A stretch of DNA of 64,000 nt, from the NCBI GenBank assembly GCA_002269645.1, contig NIVC01003996.1, positions 1-64,000 of the forward strand, in the 5' to 3' direction. Source of the DNA: Macrostomum lignano. Its lineage: Eukaryota. Numbering within the stretch: the stretch's first letter is position 1; every line of letters begins with the position of its first letter. The translations under genes were made by a program, and so were the position numbers. This document shows, piece after piece, positions 57,810-64,000 of the stretch. The notes below the pieces were generated by a model. The model ran no database searches and was not told the origin of the DNA. It saw only the letters and a list, made by a program, of their open reading frames with translations.

Positions 57810-59640
57810 GAAATCTAAGAAAATGATCCAAATAGATTTTAAGAAATGACCCCAATCGATTCTAAGAAATTTCACCAATCGATTCTAAGAAATGTCACCA
57901 ATTGGATTCTAAGAAAATGATCCAAATAGATTCTTAGAAATAACCCAAATCGTATTCTAAGAAAATTATCAAAATAGATTCTTAGAAATAACCCAAATCG
58001 TATTCTAAGAAAATGATCCAAATAGATTCTTAGAAATAACCCAAATCGTATTCTAAGAAAATTATCAAAATAGATTCTTAGAAATAACCCAAATAGTATT
58101 CTAAGAAAATGATCCGAATAGATTTTTAGAAATAACCCAAATCGTATTCTAAGAAAATGATCCAAATAGATTCTTAGAAATAACCCAAATCGTATTCTAA
58201 GAAAATGATCCAAATAGATTCTTAGAAATAACCCAAATCGTATTCTAAGAAAATGATCCAAATAGATTCTTAGAAATAACCCAAATAGTATTCTAAGAAA
58301 ATGATCCGAATAGATTTTTAGAAATAACCCAAATCGTATTCTAAGAAAATGATCCAAATAGATTCTTAGAAATAACCCAAATCGTATTCTAAGAAAATGA
58401 TCCAAATAGATTCTTAGAAATAACCCAAATCGTATTCTAAGAAAATTATCAAAATAGATTCTTAGAAATAACCCAAATCGTATTCTAAGAAAATGATCCA
58501 AATAGATTCTTAGAAATAACCCTAATCGTATTCTAAGAAAATGATCCAAATAGATTCTTAGAAATAACCCAAATAGTATTCTAAGAAAATGATCCGAATA
58601 GATTTTTAGAAATAACCCAAATCGTATTCTAAGAAAATGATCCAAATAGATTCTTAGAAATAACCCAAATCGTATTCTAAGAAAATGATCCAAATAGATT
58701 CTTAGAAATAACCCAAATAGTATTCTAAGAAAATGATCCGAATAGATTCTTAGAAATAACCCAAATAGTATTCTAAGAAAATGATCCGAATAGAATTTTA
58801 GAAATAACCCAAATCGTATTCTAAGAAAATGATCCAAATAGATTCTTAGAAATAACCCAAATCGTATTCTAAGAAAATGATCCAAATAGATTCTTAGAAA
58901 TAACCCAAATAGTATTCTAAGAAAATGATCCAAATAGATTCTTAGAAATAACCCAAATAGTATTCTAAGAAAATGATCCAAATAGATTCTTAGAAATAAC
59001 CCAAATCGATTCTAAGAAATTTCACTAATCGGATTCTAAGAAAATGTCAAAATCACCCCAATCGATTCTAAGAAATTGTATCAATTGAAATCTATGAAAT
59101 GACCCCAATCGATTCTAAGAAATTGCATCAATTGAAATCTAAGAAATGACCCCAATCGATTCTAAGAAATTTCACTAATCGGATTCTAAGAAATTGCATT
59201 ATCAAATTCACAGAAATGATCCCAATCAATTCCAAGAAATGACCCTAATCAATTCCAAGAAATAATTTTAATCAATTCCAAGAAATGACCCTAATCAATT
59301 CCAAGAAATAATCCTAATCGATTCCAAGAAATGACCCTAATCAATTCCAAGAAATGACCCTAATCAATTCCAAAAAATAATCCTAATCAATTCCAAGAAA
59401 TGACTTTAATAAATTCCAAGAAATGACCCTAATCAATTCCAAGAAATGACCCTAATCAATTCCAAGAAATGACCCTAATCAATTCCAAGAAATGATCCCA
59501 ATCAATTCCAAGAAATGATCCCAATCAATTCCAAGAAATGATCCCAATCAATTCCAAGAAATGATACCAATCAATTCCAAGAAATGATCCCGATCGATTC
59601 AAAGAAATGATCCCGATCGATTCAAAGAAATGATCCCAAT
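57810..59640. repeat. 48-bp satellite (ttctaagaaaatgatccaaatagattcttagaaataacccaaatcgta) grading into a 23-bp unit (aattccaagaaatgaccctaatc)
   Basis: 16-aa periodicity in the spurious ORF 57872-58981; shorter unit from about 59200. Confidence 0.94.
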
Positions 59641-59788
59641 CAATTGAAGGAAAAACCTCAATATATTTGAATAAAAGACCTTAATGTAATATTCTCTAAC
59701 AGATTCCGAAGATGAATTATTAATAAGTACCCGCTATGGATTTCTTGATTAACTCATTCCCCACCTACAATCCCCCCATTCTGCTCAG

Positions 59789-60024
59789 CTCGCAGTCTTT
59801 TGAACCAGCGGGAGCCGCTGCCAGACCTTCTACTGGAGACCACCGTAGTTGACATCCGGGTGCGCAGCCAGTCTGTGCCAGTGATGCCTGAAGATGCTCA
59901 ACAGTTGCGCCTGCAAATGCGACGCGAAGAGAGCGTCGAAATGGTTGCTATGAGACTTCGACACATTGGTGACGAGATTGATAGCAGCAGGTCGTCTGTG
60001 CAAAATCGCAGCGAAGTTCTCGTG
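59789..60024 (+). CDS. BH3-domain exon of a BAD-like Bcl-2 family protein
   Basis: Acceptor cccccattctgctcag| and donor GTG|GTAAGT. It encodes RVRSQSVP (RxRxxS plus RSxSxP) and VAMRLRHIGDEID (perfect BH3 consensus L-x-x-I-G-D-E). The downstream exon was not identified. Confidence 0.8.
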
Positions 60025-60109
60025 GTAAGTTTTTTTAGACCTAAAATTCCTTAAAAAATTATATTCATTTCTCTCCTTTAGTATGATTGTATTCTGAGGT
60101 CTATTTTAG

Positions 60110-61880
60110 TAGCTTAGTTTAGCCTGAGGTCCATTTTAGTTTAGCCTGAGGTCCATTTTAGGTTAGCCTGAGGTCCATTTAAGGTTAGCGTGAGGTCCAT
60201 TTTAGGTTAGCGTGAGGTCCATTTTAGGTTAGCCTGAGGTCCATTTAAGGTTAGCCTGAGGTCCATTTTAGGTTAGCCTGAGGTCCATTTTAGGTTAGCG
60301 TGAGGTCCATTTAAGGTTAGCCTGAGGTCCATTTAAGGTTAGCCTGAGGTCCATTTTAGGTTAGCCTGAGGTCCATTTAAGGTTAGCCTGAGGTCCATTT
60401 AAGGTTAGCCTGAGGTCCATTTAAGGTTAGCCTGAGGTCCATTTTAGGTTAGCCTGAGGTCCATTTAAGGTTAGCGTGAGGTCCATTTTAGGTTAGCGTG
60501 AGGTCCATTTAAGGTTAGCCTGAGGTCCATTTAAGGTTAGCCTGAGGTCCATTTTAGGTTAGCCTGAGGTCCATTTTAGGTTAGCCTGAGGTCCATTTAA
60601 GGTTAGCCTGAGGTCCATTTTAGGTTAGCCTGAGGTCCATTTAAGGTTAGCCTGAGGTCCATTTAAGGTTAGCCTGAGGTCCATTTAAGGTTAGTCTGAG
60701 GTCCATTTAAGGTTAGCCTGAGGTCCATTTAAGGTTAGCCTGAGGTCTATTTTAGGTTAGCCTGAGGTCCATTTAAGGTTAGCCTGAGGTCCATTTAAGG
60801 TTAGCCTGAGGTCCATTTTAGGTTAGCCTGAGGTCCATTTAAGGTTAGCCTGAGGTCCATTTAAGGTTAGCCTGAGGTCCATTTAAGGTTAGTCTGAGGT
60901 CCATTTAAGGTTAGCCTGAGGTCCATTTAAGGTTAGCCTGAGGTCTATTTTAGGTTAGCCTGAGGTCCATTTAAGGTTAGCCTGAGGTCCATTTTAGGTT
61001 AGCCTGAGGTCCATTTTAGGTTAGCCTGAGGTCCATTTAAGGTTAGCCTGAGGTCCATTTTAGGTTAGCCTGAGGTCCATTTAAGGTTAGCCTGAGGTCC
61101 ATTTAAGGTTAGCCTGAGGTCCATTTTAGGTTAGCCTGAGGTCCATTTTAGGTTAGCCTGAGATCCATTTAAGGTTAGCGTGAGGTCCATTTTAGGTTAG
61201 CGTGAGGTCCATTTAAGGTTAGCCTGAGGTCCATTTAAGGTTAGCCTGAGGTCCATTTTAGGTTAGCCTGAGGTCCATTTTAGGTTAGCCTGAGGTCCAT
61301 TTAAGGTTAGCCTGAGGTCCATTTTAGGTTAGCCTGAGGTCCATTTAAGGTTAGCCTGAGGTCCATTTTAGGTTAGCCTGAGGTCCATTTAAGGTTAGTC
61401 TGAGGTCCATTTTAGGTTAGCCTGAGGTCCATTTAAGGTTAGCCTGAGGTCCATTTAAGGTTAGCCTGAGGTCCATTTTAGGTTAGCGTGAGGTCCATTT
61501 AAGGTTAGCCTGAGGTCCATTTTAGGTTAGCCTGAGGTCCATTTTAGGTTAGCCTGAGGTCCATTTAAGGTTAGCGTGAGGTCCATTTTAGGTTAGCCTG
61601 AGGTCCATTTAAGGTTAGCCTGAGGTCCATTTTAGGTTAGCCTGAGGTCCATTTAAGGTTAGTCTGAGGTCCATTTAAGGTTAGCCTGAGGTCCATTTAA
61701 GGTTAGCCTGAGGTCCATTTTAGGTTAGCCTGATGTCCAATTTAGTTTAGCCTGAAGTTCATTGTAGTTTAGCTTGTGGTCCATTTTATCCATTTTAGGT
61801 TGTTAGCCTGAAGTCCTTTTAGGTTAGCTTAAGGTTCATTTTAGGTTAGCCTGGGGTTCATTTTAGTTCACCCTGAGGCT
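60110..61880. repeat. 22-bp satellite (ggttagcctgaggtccattt(t/a)a)
   Basis: Tandem units starting about 85 bp after the BH3 exon donor. Confidence 0.96.
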
Positions 61881-62284
61881 TATTTTAGTTTAGCCTGGCA
61901 CTAGTATATATAGCGTGACTAAAATCAATTTTAGAATCCTGAAATGAAAGGTCCAGTTTTGAGTACAGTGCACTCAACTATCAGTTGCCAAGGCTGAATT
62001 TTTATCAAAACAGGCCCTGTAGGTCTTTGTCTCAACTCGTACTTAGTTTTGTTTATTATTATTAGAATATTGCTCCAGCTCAAGGTCATGTGAAGGTCAT
62101 CGTCTCAGATGCCCTCACATGCCTCCACGATTCGATGCTTCTTATGTGCAATAATAATAATCGTAAAACAGGAAATAAAAAACTCTCATCAACTGGAGTC
62201 TTCTTTTAGTATCCAGGGCCCCAAATAGTATCTAGGGCCTTCATATTCTAGAAGGATAACTTCAAAATCCTCTTCTATAGATCA

Positions 62285-62490
62285 GGCATGAGATTATCCG
62301 AATCTTCTCTCACCCTGAGACACGAGTGAGATTATTAGAATCTTCTCTCACCCTGAGACAGGAGTGAGATTATCAGAATCTTCTACTCACCCTGAGACGG
62401 GAGTGAGATTATTAGAATCTTTTCTCACCCTGAGACACGAGTGAGATTATATGAATCTTCTACTCACCCTGAGACAGGAGTGAGATTATC
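62285..62490. repeat. 38-39-bp tandem repeat (gagattat.agaatcttctctcaccctgagac.gagt), about 5 units
   Basis: Tandem units. Confidence 0.88.
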
Positions 62491-63144
62491 TTAACATAAA
62501 GAGCGGTGCTGTAATAAAATTGACCTAATTGGTCAGAATTCGGAGTTTCCTCCTGCTACAGAAGTGTTTATTGAATGATGAGGCTGACATACACGAAGTT
62601 GTTTTAATAAAGATAAGAAAGATGACAACGTTAGACAGTATGCGTCACAGCTTCTCTTCCCCTTGCCAAACTAAACCCGACCCTGTCATGCATGTCACGG
62701 TCACGTGCCAATGCCTGGATTTAGTTTAATTCCTTGCAATATTGACTATATTAATACTGAATACTTTTTTTATGAAGAGATTGCGGCAGTTGTGTATACT
62801 CGTATTCTGATTGGGTTGCTATGCCGAGAGAGAGGGAGAGGGGAGATAGATACTAGACTGGCCCTGTTTTTATGAATGAGCGATTGGGGAAGAGAGTGAG
62901 GGGTGGTAGGAGAGAGAGGAGCGAGAGGAGGGTTCGCGCCCACCCCCACCTCTTCAGCGCCTCAGCAGCGAGACACGTGACTTTGTTTTATACTCGGTAT
63001 TTAAAAAAATAATGCTTTATTACAAGTGCTCAAGGTAAAAACCAGGGGGGGGGGTGGTTTAGTATTGCCTTTGTTGGCCCCACCCCTCAAATTTCCTACA
63101 GGTTCTAAACTTTACCAGACCTGAGGTGCGGCGCTACCTCAACT

Positions 63145-63262
63145 ACCCCAGCTAATGCTGGCACCCATTTTACAGCTGGGTGAACTGAAGCAATGCAGAG
63201 TTAAGCGTCTTGCTCAAGGACACAATTTGTTCCTTAGTGGGTCGAGAATCGAACCCCCGACT
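63145..63262 (-). mobile_element. CORE-type SINE family B, 5'-truncated copy
   Basis: The reverse complement gtcgggggttcgattctcgacccact...gtgtccttgagcaagacgcttaac...ttcagttcacccagctgtaaaatgggtgccagcatt matches 36041-36150. Confidence 0.85.
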
Positions 63263-64000
63263 GACCTTCTAAGAAACTGGAAGTTTCCCGTACTTTTTTA
63301 GTTAATCAAAAACACGTATAAAAAGACATGCGGTATCGGGGATTCTATGTGTGGCATTGGGGAGTTCATTCGGTGCAACATTGTGGCGGTTTTTCGTGCT
63401 GAGAGAGAGAGAAGAACTGCAGGAACCAGTGGGAGAGGGAGATAAACCGCCCGCCCACTATTTCTCTCCCAATGCATGACTGACCTTCCATTGCTCCTTC
63501 GTTGTCATTGGCTGATTTTTTATTCCATATGTGGGCTGGTTGGACTGAAGTCAGCTGACCCAAAATATTTCGTAGCTTATAGACTTGAATAAGCATGGGT
63601 TCTTTTCTTAGACTTGTGAATAAACAAGTTCCTGGCGTCCTTTATTAATTATTGAATTCTTGATTATGGCTATTGTGACATTAATATTTATAAGTATAAT
63701 ATGTTTATCTGAAGACACTGAGAATTAACTCTAGCAGTGATTGGTGACACACAGGGTGCTCTAGCAGTGATTAGGTTGATTCGCTAAAAAAATGCATACC
63801 TGTTACCAACGCGTAGTTCTGTATATTCTTGCTTCTAAATTTAATAACAAAATGTTTTTTGTATAAACGAACGTAATGTACGAGCGTATATTTGGCGTCT
63901 CAATTGTTGATCTTAGCTAAGATGACTGACTGTGCTTGGCCCCTGGATAAAAGTTTGTTTGCGCTGGAAACAGCAGCTAAGCTGGGTGTCCTGTCGTTTG

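Noticed and set aside
57872-58981. 369-aa hydrophobic ORF (DHFLRIRFGLFLRIYL)n
   Set aside because: 48-bp satellite in an intron of the BH3 gene.
60110-61880. Telomere-like TTAGGTTAG words
   Set aside because: They are embedded in a 22-bp unit and there are no (TTAGGG)n or (TTAGG)n runs.
62078-62729. Terminal exon of the BH3 gene (acceptors near 62078 or 62560)
   Set aside because: Both are phase-compatible (giving LKVM* or KCLLNDEA...), but nothing in the sequence discriminates between them; transcript data are needed.

Overview
Eukaryotic (invertebrate animal) genomic DNA. The intron style, Gln/Ser-rich exons and dense minisatellites resemble the free-living flatworm Macrostomum, but that is an inference only. 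Genes reconstructed by hand: (1) intronless secreted PAN/apple + LamG-like pseudogene (4477-5415, +); (2) intronless coiled-coil + NHL beta-propeller gene with one frameshift (7303-8461, -), bracketed by two inverted copies of a tRNA-derived SINE; (3) apparently intact 11-exon Cys-loop chloride channel subunit, GlyR/GluCl-like (9470-19375, +); (4) SLC16/MCT transporter (about 21037-26089, +) with an AT in place of a GT donor; (5) two-exon SLC5 (SMCT/SMVT-like) transporter with two frameshifts (32096-34770, -); (6) a BAD-like BH3 gene whose Akt/14-3-3/BH3 exon (59789-60024) can be joined in frame to either of two first exons (43617-44415, 49186-49315). The rest is more than 25 different mini/microsatellites, which produce almost all of the long ORFs in the supplied track, two SINE families, hAT-like MITEs, a 156-bp palindrome and two sharply bounded CpG-free tracts. 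The most interesting items are the BAD-like gene with alternative N-termini, the CpG deserts with CG>TA hypermutation, the SINE-bracketed NHL gene and the clustering of gene lesions.
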